Positions 37,691 through 50,305 of a stretch of DNA of 64,000 nt are shown here, one piece after another; the stretch's first letter is position 1; every line of letters starts with the position of its first letter. A model generated the notes under the pieces. That model saw only the letters and a program-made list of their open reading frames with translations. It did no database searches and was not told where the DNA came from. The DNA comes from Glaucostegus cemiculus (Eukaryota). The position numbers were made by a program, and so were the translations under genes. The stretch lies in assembly GCA_976551045.1 (NCBI GenBank), contig CDPCPM010000026.1, forward strand, positions 14,322,001 through 14,386,000. The letters are read 5' to 3'.

Positions 37691-38084
37691 GCACCTGTTT
37701 CCGTTATATGACCTTTGCATTGCACAAATTTGAATCCTGTAAAGCACAACTACAACACCAAGCGCTGAATTCCAAACAACATTTAAAGACCTAGAAACTG
37801 CTCCATATAATTTTTTTATGACATTGAAATTGCATTGTGAGTCACTGTAATGATATTTTGTAAGTCACATAAAGAGTGAGAACTTAGGCTGCAAGATGTA
37901 TAAAGCAGCATTATCCCATAAAATACTCAGCTGAGACTGACATAGCTGTATCAGCATGGATTTGTCTATTGATATGTTACAAATTCTCCTGGCAGTCAAC
38001 TTTTGGAACAGCAGGCACCAATTTTTGTAACCATATTTGTAATGGGATTCTTTTGGCCACATTCTTCAGGGAGTTTTGCCAATG

Positions 38085-38510
38085 GATAAATAGAAGATAC
38101 AATGATGAGTGTGCTCCCAGGAAATCCGAGGGACCTGAGAAGGCTGATGAAGAACTGCGCCTACAGGAGGTGTAATCTTTACACAAGGGGACCACAGGGG
38201 CCATATCATGGTGTGGTCAGGAGTTCCTGGAAGGGGTTCCCAAGGAGGTCTCTTTATGGACACAAAGTGCAGCTATTCACACCAGTGCACAGTGTGAACA
38301 GCTGCACTTTGGGGAAGCATTTATTGTCAGCAGATGCCTGTCCATGCTGTGCCTGCTGCGGCAGGCTGAAGGTGAAAGCTCGTATCCTTGAGCATGGAGG
38401 TTAGGTGACTTCCCTGATGCAGCTGTGAGCACCATATGATGAGAAGTGACAGGGATAAGCAGCAGAAGCCTAGTTTGATCCTAAGACTAGGAAGCCAAGA
38501 GTGACCATGA
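38085..38510 (-). mobile_element. PIF/Harbinger transposase remnant containing an inverted-repeat hairpin
   Basis: Minus strand gives VMVTLGFLVLGSN*ASAAYPCHFSSYGAHSCIREVT (HTH region), FPKVQ...GV..CT..SIKRPP (first catalytic motif, interrupted by the hairpin) and FPGSTH. Confidence 0.7.
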
Positions 38511-38759
38511 CCTCTCTGGAAAAAGCAAATGAAGGCACACATTTGAGGCTGCATTTGAGGTTGGAAGAGGTCACAAATGCCCTTTAAATAGAACAGTTGC
38601 AGAGGAAATAGGGTGGATAAAATTTGATTGTTCTGTGAATAAATGTCATATTTCAGATAAATTGAGTTGAAAATCTCATTGGCATGATTTTTTTGTGTTG
38701 CGCTACTGTTGATCTACTTTGGGGGCTTTTACACAGGAAAAAATTACCAAGGAAAATGA

Positions 38760-39866
38760 AAACACCTCCCTTTGCAACTGGATCCTTGACTTCCTGACCA
38801 ACAGACTGCACTCAGAAGCAATAGGCAACAACACCTCCGGCACGATTATCCTCAACACAGGTGCTCCACAAGGCTGCATCTTCAGCCCCCTACTCTACTC
38901 CCTATACACTCACTATCGCATGGCCAGATTCTGCTCTAACTCCACCTACAAGCTTACAGATGATACCACTGTAGTGGGCCATATCTCAAATAACGTTGAC
39001 TTGGAGTACAGGAAGGAGATAGAGAGCCTAGTGACATGGTGTCATGACAATAACCTTTCTCTTAATGTCATCAAAACAAGAAAGCTGGTCAATGACTTCA
39101 GGAAGGGAGGTGGTGCACATGCTCCTGTTTATATCAACAGTGCTGAGGTCAAGAGGGTTGAGACCTTCAAGTTCCTAAGAGTGAACATCACCAGTAGTCT
39201 GTCCTGGTCCAACCACATTGATAACACAGTCAAGAAAGCGCGCCCTCCCCTCCATGGACTCTGTCTACATTTCTTGCTGCTTTGGTAAAGCAGCCAGCAT
39301 AATCAAAGACCCCACCCACTGGGGACATTCTCTCTTCTCCCCTCTCCCATTGGGCAGAAGGTACAAAAGCCTGAAAGCACATATCACCAGTCTCAAGGAC
39401 AACTCCTATTCCACTGTTATAAGACTATTGAACAGTTCCCTAGTACAATAAGATGGACTCTTGACCTCACAACCTACCTCATTATGTCCTTGCACCTTAT
39501 TGTCTACCTGCACTGCACTTTCTCTGTAACTGTAACACTTTATTCTGCACTTGGTTATTGTTTTCCTTGTACTACCTCAATGCACTGTTGAAATGAATTG
39601 ATAAGATAAGATTTCTTCAGTAGTTACATGTACATCGAAACACACAGTGAAATACATCTTTTGCATAGAATGTTCTGGGAGCAGGCCGCAAGTGTCACCA
39701 AGCTTCTGGCACCAACATAGCATGTCCACAACTTCCTAACCTGTACGTCTTTGGAATGTGGGAGGAAACCAGAGCACCCGGAGGAAACCCGTGCATACAC
39801 AGGAGAATGTGCAAGCTTTTCACTGTACATTGGTACATGTGACAATAATAAAACAATTTACCAATT
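38760..39866 (+). mobile_element. Rex1/Babar-type LINE 3' fragment (RT), internally deleted, with a SINE inserted in its 3' UTR
   Basis: ORF 38719..39288 reads [13 protein letters not shown]...[22 protein letters not shown]...[11 protein letters not shown]...[23 protein letters not shown]. The 3' UTR matches 45200-45608. Confidence 0.92.
39601..39814 (-). mobile_element. 5'-truncated V-SINE (same subfamily as 32586-32879) nested in the Rex/Babar 3' UTR
   Basis: 'ataagataagatttcttcagtagttacatgtacatcgaaacacacagtgaaat...ggaggaaaccagagcacccggaggaaaccc'. Confidence 0.88.
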
Positions 39867-40107
39867 TAAAAAAGGCAAACTTCCCAATGGGTGTTAAAAC
39901 TGCCAAAAATGAGTGCAAAGTTGCTCTATTACAAGTTAAGCTGATTCTCAACAGTATAATGCCTTTTTTTCTCAGAGATGTGTACGCATCTTCTGGCCAA
40001 AAGTGTGTTTCAGACATTGCCCATAAAGGAGCCCAGGTTATATCATTGCTTTTTCAGAAGTACTAGCAGTGGCCTGCATAAAACTTTAGCCTGCTGCTGG
40101 CATATTG

Positions 40108-40310
40108 TGTAGTCAGCTGGCTTGGTGGCATTCTTGCCTCTGTCAGAATGCTATAGGTTCAAATTCCACTTTCAAAGTCTTGATCACAAAAGTCTCTGCT
40201 GCCAATGGAGGATTGCTCTGAAGTACTGCACTGTTAAACATGCCACCCTTCAGATGAGACTTAAAAACAAGATCCTGTTTTCCCTCTCTCATGGATGTAA
40301 AAGAGACATT
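40108..40310 (+). mobile_element. Diverged Deu-domain SINE (SacSINE1-like)
   Basis: tRNA-like head 'ggtggcattcttgcctctgtcagaa..ataggttcaaattccact' and Deu-like block 'actgcactgtt...tgccacccttcagatgagacttaaaaac...tggatgtaaaaga'. Confidence 0.6.
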
Positions 40311-41899
40311 TTACCACCCATGTCATGTGGTTAAAATGTAACCAGAAGACTTTAGTAACGGACAATGGATTGGATCTTGGTGGCTGTTGCTGGTGATTTC
40401 AATTATTTTTAAAGACAATTATGTCATTTTGCCATGCCATGAACTGAAATGAAGAGCAAGACGACTTCAATTCTTCTAATTTAGTTCCTGATTGCAAACA
40501 GAATTTTCCAATTCTCTTTCAGATATAATTCAGGACCTGTAGCTACTGATTTTGTTTTTGGCTGTATGACTTCTAAATTCCTCAGGAGCACTTTGGTCCA
40601 ACATTACTAAATCCAATGTTGCAGATCCACAAACATAAAAATAAGGCCCCTTCTTAATGATATCACTGTATTATGAGAAACAAAATAAAGTGAAGGGGAT
40701 TTTTCTTACTTTGTGTTTTGTGGTCCTTTCCATGGGCTTAATACTTCCAAATTAAATCAATCTATGACTTAGGCATTACTTACCAATATACCCCAAACCA
40801 ATCATCAGCAATTACTTTCTCCAATCCCACAAAGCAATAACATGAATTTCTTCAGGAAAAATGTTCAACATTTCTACAGGAAATATTACTGGTAGCTTAA
40901 TGAATTTATCCAGTTCATTGTAAATTGGATATATTCAGTCTTCAATCTTGGATGAGTTAGTTCATGTCAGCTACAGTAACAGTTTTAAAACTGGTCTTTT
41001 GACCCATCACGTGGGATGGTGAAAATGTTCAACGGTGTATCAGAGTCTACCAGTTAGAGCAACCAATGCAGTCTAAATCCAAGATCATTCAACTAAAACT
41101 CTAGTTTATGCTGTATGTCATAAATGGAAAGGAAATATATTTAGTAAATCATTGTAAATGTAATGGTGTTGGCCATATGTCATTTAATGGAGACACACTA
41201 TGTAAATTATTCATTTAATCCAATTGTTCTTTAAGTTTAATGTGCACTCCTATAAATAACATTTTTGGGATGTGGAAGTGCTGTATTTATTACCCATACC
41301 TAGTTCTAATTAGAGACTGGTGTATAGTGATGATTTTGTTAGGTGTAGAATTCCTGACAGTGATTAAACCATGATGAAGTAACACTGTTAAGTATCTAAC
41401 TCATGATGGGGTCTGCCCACCATGATGTTGGGGAATATTAGAGAGGGTGCTACTCTTATCCTTCTCCGTAGCAGTAGGGTGACATGGAACAAATGCAGAT
41501 ACTTCATAACTTTAGTTCTGACTTAATGATATATTGTCCTTCCAGTTTAATCCTTGAAGAAAGTATCTTATAATTTTCTTATTAGTGTTTAGTTTTAAAC
41601 AGGGGGAGAAATCATATTATATATTATTATATAACCACTGTAGTTGGCTTCATCAATCAATCAGTTACAACTGCTCCACGTAAAGGTCAAATAGAAAATA
41701 TAAAAGTCAAATCAAAAATCTTTTATTTTTCAATATTAAATCTCTAATGAAGGGATTCTAAATTTTGAAATGATTTGGTCCTTGACAAACACCAGCAAGA
41801 CAGCAAACCCTACAGGAGAGAAGAAAATAAGTGAGAAAAATAGCCAAAAATAAATGTAAATGTATAAGAGCACAACAAATCACTTGTAGAAATACATCA

Positions 41900-42270
41900 T
41901 GTAAGAAATGAAAAAGAAGCATGAGGAAGTTTAGAAAGATGATTGAAATTTCTTAACAGAACAAATCCTTTTGTTACACAATGTACATAAAATCACTGTG
42001 CCCAGACTTTGAAAATAAACTGTATGAATGGATACTGGAGGACAGACAAAAGGGATTCATTGTAACAAACAAAATTCTTAAACTGAGCTCAAAGGAGTTA
42101 GTGCACGCAGGAGGCAAGGTATTAAAGATTTATGGGCTACGTTTTTTATGTAGCCCACGGCATGCACCACAAAGTTTGTAAATTCTGACTTCAAAGAACC
42201 ACCATTGCTCAGTGCCTACCAAACAGACATAAAAGGAAGTTTGCCTAACTTCACAGGTTTATAGTAATGG
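41900..42270 (+). mobile_element. pogo/Tigger (CENP-B-type HTH) transposase remnant
   Basis: ORF 41981..42181 CPDFENKLYEWILEDRQKGFIVTNKILKLSSKEL (cf. WPELE..L.EW..E.R..G..VT...I...A.EL), then RTTIAQCLP...KFA*LHRFI (cf. R.RTT.AQKLP....K...F..F). Confidence 0.8.
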
Positions 42271-42894
42271 AAGGAGGCATGCTTTTTTATTTACTACTGT
42301 TCCGGAAAATAATGACGGCTTTTCTTTTAAAAGTTGGTTGGCTTCATGCAAGATTAGAGTGATATAGTTAATGCATGTCATCATTTATTCATTTCTCTTC
42401 TGTGCTTGTACTGTAAGGGCTTCCTGATTGTAATTCTAACCTTTTTGTTGATTTCAGGACTGCATTGTTTTCTGTTTTTCTTTTCCTTATACATAAATCA
42501 ATCAAAAATGTTATAGGAAGATTGACAAAACCATAGTCATTGTAAACTAGACTAAAAATATACTGAAATTGTATCTCTTTGAATCTGCTGCTGAAAATGC
42601 TGGGAATAGGAGAGTCTGGAATGTTCAGAGGCTGGTTTTGAAAATTTGCAGTTTACTGTCACTTTAGCATTCATAGCAGGAGGCACACACTGTCACAAGA
42701 AAATGTGGTATCACATCAAAAGGTAAAATTACTGACAGAGTTCTAATTAATGTAGGGGAACACGGACACCACAATAAGGGCATGGTGGGGTTCAGGACAG
42801 AGAGACTGCAGCTTTCTGAAGCCAGATAGATTATCCTGTTTTTTACTATATGTGATCAGTCCATGTGTCAATCATCTTCATAAGAGAACCTTAA

Positions 42895-43110
42895 ATATTG
42901 TAGATGCTGGAAGTCTGAAATAGAAGGAGAAAATGCAGGAAATTCTCAGCAGGTCAGGCAGCAACTGTGGAAAAACAGAGTTAACATTTCAGGTCAAAGG
43001 CCATTCTCAGAGTTTCAGTGAAGAGTCATTGACCTGAAATGCTAACTCTGTTTCTCTTTTCACAGATGTTGCCTGACTTGCTGTGTGTTCCCAGCATTTT
43101 TTTATTATCT
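42895..43110. mobile_element. Head-to-head palindromic Penelope pLTR pair
   Basis: Left arm 'cagcaggtcaggcagcaactgtggaaaaacagagttaacatttcaggtcaa' against right arm 'ttgacctgaaatgctaactctgtttctcttttcacagatgttgcctgacttgctg'. Confidence 0.85.
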
Positions 43111-43224
43111 TCATAAGGGATACCTTTAGAAATACTATACATTTGCATTTTGCTGTTATTGTGAGTTGTATTATTGTAACCAATCCATCTAATGGTTTTA
43201 GCCTCAGTTCACAGAATTACTGGC

Positions 43225-44550
43225 ACAGTACAGCATGAACCCATTCAGTCCATCAATTCCATATCAGTTCTATGTAAGCTATTCTCATTCCTCTGATCTC
43301 TCTCCAAAACCCTGTAAGTTATTTCCATTCAAATAATTATCCAGCTCGCTTTTAAACACTGCAGTTGAATCTATCCATCTGTTATCCCTAGTAGTGTATT
43401 CCAAACCCTAACAACTGGCTTTTTAAAACACTTTCGTCCTGATACTTAGGGGTTTTTTTGGCAATCACCATTTTGTGGTCCCTAGTTCTTGACTACTTCC
43501 CCTCCTCTGTCCATCTACTCTGTCCATACCCTGATTTTAAGTACCTCAATCAAACCCCCTCTCAACCCCTTCTGTTCCAGGGAGGCCCACCTCAGCTTCT
43601 CCAGTCTATCCACATAACTAAAGTCCCTCATCCTTGGAATCAATTTTGTAAATCTCTTCCACACCACCTCTAAATTTTTCACAGCTTTCCCAAAAGTGCA
43701 ATGCTCAGACCTAAACTCAATACACAAATTAAACCTTGCTCTTGTATTCTGTCTCTATTTATGAAGTCCACATTCAACGAATTATCCCCAGGCCTCCCTG
43801 TTCTTGAACTCATTTAAAATTGTGTTCTCTAGTTTATATTGCTAACATTGCTTGTATAGCTCTTCATATTTCTCAACATTAGTTATACCTATCACCTATC
43901 TACCCATCTCATCATCCTATGTTTGCTTGAAATCTATTCCTTTGCTCCTCACAATTCATTGTGACTCCAAGTTTTGTGACATCTGAAGATTTGAACATGT
44001 GCCCTATACTCCCAAGTCCAAATTATTACCATAATGGATGTCCTAGTAGTAACCTTGGAGCTATGCAAATGAGCCAACCACCCTGCAAACACACAACAAT
44101 CCCTTCACCTTTCCACTCTCTTTCCTTTAACAGCCAATCCTCTGTCAGTGTCACAACATCCCCTTATATTAATGACAAGCCCATTATGTGGCACCTTATC
44201 AAATGTCTTTTGAAAGTCTATAAATACCACACCAAATACATTTCCCTTATCAGCCATAATACTCTACCATTAGTTAGGCATGATTTGCCTTTATTAAATC
44301 TTTGCTGGCTTTCTCTAATCAGTCCTCAGTTGTCCAAGTAACTGCACCCTGATTATTGTTTCTAGAACTTACCCCACCACTGAAAGTAAACTGACTGATC
44401 TGCAATTACTGGGTTTAGTTCCATATCCTTCTCTGAACAAGTGTAAAGTGTGCAGTTTTCTAGTCCTCACCAGCAGCAGCCTGAATCTACAGCCAGGGTA
44501 TCTGTAATCTCCTCCATAATTTCCTCAGCATCCAAGTAGAACGGGTGAAA
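43225..44550 (-). mobile_element. Degraded CR1 LINE, multiple ORF2 pieces
   Basis: ORF 43515..43727 LEVVWKRFTKLIPRMRDFSYVDRLEKLRWASLEQKGLRGGLIEVLKI. Reverse complements of DFQKTFDKVPH (~44190-44220) and NCRSVSLLSVVGK (~44370-44410). Confidence 0.8.
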
Positions 44551-44939
44551 TCACTGCCAACCAAAAGCCCTCCTGCCTTCCAAGTTCCTGTGCCTTCAAT
44601 CCATGATTTGCTGGAGAACTTAAGGAAGAGTTCAAAAATGGTCAGGGAAGATATAGATACATTCTACATGTATCTGAAAGTCTCCTGTATAGTTTATATC
44701 ATCATCAATAAATATGATAGTCGGAAGTCTCTTCTCAGTGTGGTATTCAGCCAGAGTGGGATTTTGTCCTCTGTCAATATCATGGATTATGCAAAGCTTC
44801 TGGTAGTTTTCCAGCTACCAGTCATTACCCAGCTTTGACATCCCAACACCAGAGAGGTGGTAAAGCAGGTAGGAAGGAAAAGCCTACTGAAGATTGCAAA
44901 GCAAGATGAGCAATATCAATAGGCTAAAGCTTGATATCA

Positions 44940-45608
44940 ACATGTAATCACATAGATGCCATGTCCAAAAAAGCTCACCAGCGCCTCTACTTCCTCAGGA
45001 GGCTAAAGAAATTTGGTTTGTCCCCTTTGACTCTCAACAACTTTTACCGATGCACCATAGAAAGCATCCTAGCTGGTTGTGGTACAGCAGCTGCTCTGCC
45101 CAGGACCAAAAGAAGCTGCAGAGAGTTGTGGACACCGCCCAGTGCATCACGGACACCAACCTCTCTTCCTTGGGCTCCGTCTTTACTTCTTATTTTCTTG
45201 GTGTAGCAGCCAGCATAATCAAAGACCCCACCCACCCGAGACATTCTCTCTTCTCTCTTCTTCAGGTAGAAGATACAGGTGCCTGAGGGCACGTACCACC
45301 AGACTTAAGGACAGCTTCTACCCCACTGTGATAAGACTATTGAATGGTTCCCTTATACAATAAGATGGACTCTGACCTCACGATCTACCTTGGTGTGACC
45401 TTGCACCTTATTACACTGCAATTTCTCTGTAGCTGTGACACTTCACTCTGTATTGTTATTGTTTTTACCTGTACTACATCAATGCACTTTGTACTAACTC
45501 AATGTAACTGCACTGTGTAATGAATTGACCTGTATGATCAGTTTGTAAGACAAGTTTTTCACTGTACCTCGGTACAAGTGACAATAATAAACCAATACCA
45601 ATACCAAT
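44940..45608 (+). mobile_element. Rex1/Babar-type LINE 3' end with (CCAATA)n tail
   Basis: ORF 44931..45206 NHIDAMSKKAHQRLYFLRRLKKFGLSPLTLNNFYRCTIESILAGC. Also KKLQRVVDTAQCIT and RTTRLKDSFYPTVIRLLN. Tail 'aataataaaccaataccaataccaat'. Confidence 0.93.
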
Positions 45609-48604
45609 TGATACGGAACAAAATTGCATTTTAATGTGCAAAAGCAACCCCCTCACCTCGAAGAGGGAGTTCTCAGCTCATTACTAGAAATGGGCTCTGG
45701 ACCAATCACAGCTACTTTGATTACACAGTAATCAGTCAATCACAGTCAATAACTACAAACATCACGAGAGATTCACTGAAATTAGTGGCCTCATGAATGT
45801 CCTTGGAGACCCATTGAGTCAGGAACCTCATTTCAAAAGATCATGTTGTAGGGAAGCCTGTAACATTGAGGCTGGTACTCAGCATTGATTTTATTGGGAA
45901 TGAAATCAGAGTATCAGGCACCTTTCTGATTCCTTTGTATACTGAGCTCAATCAAGTTCTGTAATTTGTGGCAAATTAAGTGGTCAGGAGTGCAAGTTCA
46001 GTTTGTTAGTTGGCAGTGACATGGTGCCATTTTCTCAATCATGTCAATAAGCTCACAGCTTAATAAAACACAACATTGTATTAGAGAAATTGACCGGCAG
46101 TGTTGTTATATCAAATTTCCACAGCACTCAGGAGGATGCCACTTATGTGACATTTTTCCAAAATCCAGACAGTCATTCTAGAGAACTCACGACAAAAGGC
46201 ATTTGGAAACTGAATTTTGTGGGAACATTTTGAGCACTTTGGCTACCAGTTCCTGGTATCACAGCAATGTCTTTATTGCAGAAATGCAGATGGCTTTGCT
46301 CTATAACTGTGTTATCATCAGTATGAATTTGTTGAACTACACTTAAACTATGTTATAGCAAAGTAATTTCTTCAAAATGTTCTTAAATTTAAATTAGTTC
46401 ACTGTATGTTAGAGTATGACTGGAACATATATTTGCAAGACTGGTTTATGGCTCAGTGTGAACTGATAGTACAGCATTCAGTACCATATGTATGTTTACT
46501 GTATTGTAATTGCTACTGTGAGCTAGAAGATTGAATTGGCTGTAATTCATTATTACTGGTGGATTACTGTTCACTGAATAAAATGGTTCTGACAATGACT
46601 TGAAATCTTTTTTTTTCATTGTCAAATACAATTAACATTTAGAGTTTAGGCACATCTTATTTCCTCAATACATTATTTCCTAAGAAAAATAGCCAAATGT
46701 CTGCTTGTGGGTAACAGGCCTTTAACTGCAATATAAGGGTAAATACCACCTAAGCACTTATTTTTTTAAATCAGAACAAATAAACCTTTGGATCCACACT
46801 TCTATCATGAATAGCTCTCTGCTGCATGCAACATCAGACCCAGGTCTATCTATTACCTTCACAGTGCTGTGTGAAGCAAGGCTACTATGTAAATGGGAGC
46901 AAAGAAAATTGCACAAGTGCATAGTGTGATTGTTCTATTAAAGACTGATCTCCTTGTACATTAGAAATTTTATAACTCCACTTTGGGTATGATGTTGCAA
47001 TGACCTGTTCCCCCCAGTCATGTGGGTAATTTATCACTTTCCTAAGTTGTAGGAGAAGGGCAGATTGGGAGATATTTTCTACTTCAGTCATTTAAAAGAC
47101 CCAATCTAGTGTTTAACTGTCCATTTTCTTTTCTCCAATTCACTCTGTACCATGTCTAATCCTGTCAATCTTCAGTCTTTTTCACACTCTTAGATGTTCT
47201 TCCTACCATTTTTGTCTGCATCTGCATGTCACATTATTGTTTTTATTCTTGCCCCTTTTATCCAATTTTTGATTTTTAACTCATTTACAAAACTCTGATT
47301 AAATGAATCCTTTAGCACCAAACATTTTACCTCCTATCTAATCTCCCATTTTAGTTATTTCATTATGATACGTGGGAACTTTTTCACCTTTTATGGCTGC
47401 TTCAGAGATAAACATGAAGAAGGGAACAGAACCTATGTTTATTCCCCAAACTTAATGATACAGTGCATTGAAATTAAATTGCGATAATATATAAAAAAAA
47501 TCACATGCTCCTGTGGATTAAATTTTAAAAATGTTAATCTGTTTATGTTAAGTCAATTAATGTAGCTCTTAAAAATAACAAATGAAATGGTGGATTAATT
47601 CTGAGGCTTGAATTATTTTGTCTCAAAAATAACATTGTAAAATGTTAAATAACTGCCCATTCATTCAATAACATCCTGAATGCAATGAGAATTCTGGAAA
47701 ATTCATGAAAAATACAAGTTGATGTTGGTATTGATGAATTAAATGTTATATTTTTATTCTACTTCAATATTTAGCAACTGCTTGGCTGCTTCAGTCGGTT
47801 AAGCAACAACCACTTAATATTACTATATTGCCTTTGCTTATTCTGTAGTTCATCAGATAAATCCAGATACAATATGATTTTATTAATGTTAATGTGTTTT
47901 TCCCTTTCAGTTGCCAGAAGGCATTGTCTGTAGTGTAATAATTTCACAATCACAGCTCAAGGTTAAGGCTCTGTAAAGGTTGGTGAACTCTCATTATTAA
48001 TCCTAGGCTTTTTGATGATGGTGGGGGTGGTTACCCACACATAAAAGTATACAATTTTTTTTTAAATGACCACATTCTCTAAACCTTCAATTAGATCTAA
48101 TATTTTTTATTTTTCTTTGTGAGAGTAGATCATCCAGCTGTTCAACAAATTCAATATAGACCTCCTTTATTTAAGAGAGGAGACTTGAAGTTCACTCAGC
48201 CCAGGAGACCTTTCACAATGATCATAGAAATCCTTTGCCAAAGAGAAGTCATTTGCTGTATGTGCCATCAAACTGTCCTCAACAGCTGAGGCAACAGCAC
48301 TTCAGATAACAAGAGCCTCTACCTTGACCAATTTCAGGCTCAAAATATTTTTCCTTCATCTCACTTTAATTTAAGGGTCCCACTTCCAACCTTCCCAACC
48401 CTTGTTTGCTGTTTTTTATTTGCATATTGTCACATAACCTGTGCAGCAGCACAACATACCTAAAGCAAAGGTGGGAAACACATTGACTTCTCAGTGGATT
48501 TTTCATATTTTCATTGATGAATCAAAAGGTGAATTTATCTTTACAGAACTTAGAAGGCACATTGTAGGAAAAATTTCATACAACTGCCTTAAAAACAAAA
48601 TTCA

Positions 48605-48725
48605 TATGAAGGGTTTTCAACCTAAAACATTAACTCTCTTTATCTGTGCTCGAATGCTCCTGACCTACTGAACATTTTCAGCATTATGGTTTAATTTCAG
48701 ATGTCCAGCATCTGCAGATTTTTCA
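48605..48725 (+). mobile_element. Penelope pLTR fragment
   Basis: 'tgaagggttttcaacctaaaacattaactct...tgacctactgaacattttcagcatt...ttcagatgtccagcatctgcag'. Confidence 0.7.
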
Positions 48726-49918
48726 TTTTCAAGAAGTTGCCATGTGTATAATTAGCACATTTACTTTAGGACAGATACAACATAAGTTTTGGCAACAGTT
48801 TAGCAAATTCAGCTCCCAGCCTTATGAAACTTGGAGAATATACTTGGTAACGTAGGTGAGAAAACAGTGTTCCTCCATTATACAGTACTTCTGTGGCACC
48901 TAGAGATTGTCCTGACTAAGTGTTCAATAGTAATTCTTTAAATAATAAACAAAACAACATTTTAGGTATCACCCTACCGCTTTATGCTCATTATTAAATA
49001 TCTCATTTCCCTTGATTCTGAGGTGCATAGAAATTGAATAAACAATTAATTTGGGCCAAACATTTAAATGAAATTATTGTATAATTAGCTACAACTTTGT
49101 AGTAAGTAATAATTGTCTACATTTTCACCAAAAATGTAACTGGAAATATGTACTTTTTCTTACTGGGTCTTTTGTACTTTTGATGTCTTCATATATTTTG
49201 GCACTTGGTGGTGTGCAACCAATTTTTGTCCACTCACATGTTCCATGACTTGACAAATGCCCCTTGTTTTTGTTCACAGAATACATCGAGTATTTATTGT
49301 TAGAAGCAGGCTTTCTAGATAAATGTGAGGCTTGTTCCAACATCAGCTAAAGGGACCTACTTGAGTAGTTCCTAGATAAGTACCTTTTGTGATGGTAAGC
49401 TGCAACCACAATTCAATTCCATCTCCCTCGCAGTTCCTTTCCAACAATTTTCCAGTTGTGACTTCTGCTCCCTACAACCTACACAGTAGTGAGCCCGAAA
49501 CTTGCCTCACAACCTGAGCAAGATCACTCCCCCACCCCATTTCCTGCAGCCCTCCTCACCCCCAATGTCCATCAACCTGACACTGATGGGCACCCTAGTA
49601 ATATCTTGATTCACCACCTGGACTCTCCTACATCCCCTCCCATAGCCCACCCACCCACCCACCCACTGCCCATCGACCAGTCCCAGAACTTGTCTGTTTT
49701 CCTTCATGGTCTCCACAGGAAAAGCCTTTCAGTGTGTTCATTATGCAAGGCTAATATATAGTGTTCTGTGATTTTGTTTTGCCTTGCAGACTGCTGAACT
49801 TTGTAGTGGCAGCTCCTCAGAAAGCATACGTTGGCCCATCAAGTCCACCATTTAACACATGGCAGAGAATTTCTTGGCCACTCCATTTCCTGTGTTTTTC
49901 ATCAGAGCTCTAACAAAA

Positions 49919-50061
49919 ATTTGGTAAATTATTCTTCAGAAGTGCAACATAAACATACTTTACATTTTTGTCAGAAGTGTCATTATTCCATGCCAGATAC
50001 CTACTATGGCTAATATTGTTTTCAATTTTGTGTTTGGAAAGTTGAAGAATTCAGGCCTTTA
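49919..50061 (+). repeat. Left arm of inverted duplication (partner 51801-51933)
   Basis: Matches the reverse complement of 51801-51933, with about six substitutions and one 10-nt indel (gaagtgtcat) by manual alignment. Confidence 0.95.
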
Positions 50062-50227
50062 TAAAGAGGGAGGGTGCTCACCTGACTAAATGTCCTTCTA
50101 TATTACTGCCTTTAAAATTTAATTCTGATTTTCTACTCTTAAACCTTTTTTATTCTGAGCTATACCATGGTTTCATGCAAATGTAAGAATTTCCCTGGTG
50201 CTTCACGCAAATGGTGGGACTTCATGT

Positions 50228-50305
50228 CACAGAGTCATATAGTGACACAGCGCAGAAACAGGCCCTTCAGCCCAACTAGTCCATGCTGAGCAAGATGCCC
50301 ATCTG
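50228..50305 (-). mobile_element. Short CR1/SINE 3' tail fragment
   Basis: 'cacagcgcagaaacaggcccttcagcccaactagtccatgctg'. Confidence 0.7.

Noticed and set aside
38719-39288. 189-aa RT-like ORF as a functional reverse transcriptase or retron-like system
   Set aside because: It is a truncated Rex/Babar LINE fragment. The catalytic motif has decayed (FADD to LTDD), and there is an internal deletion and a LINE 3' UTR.
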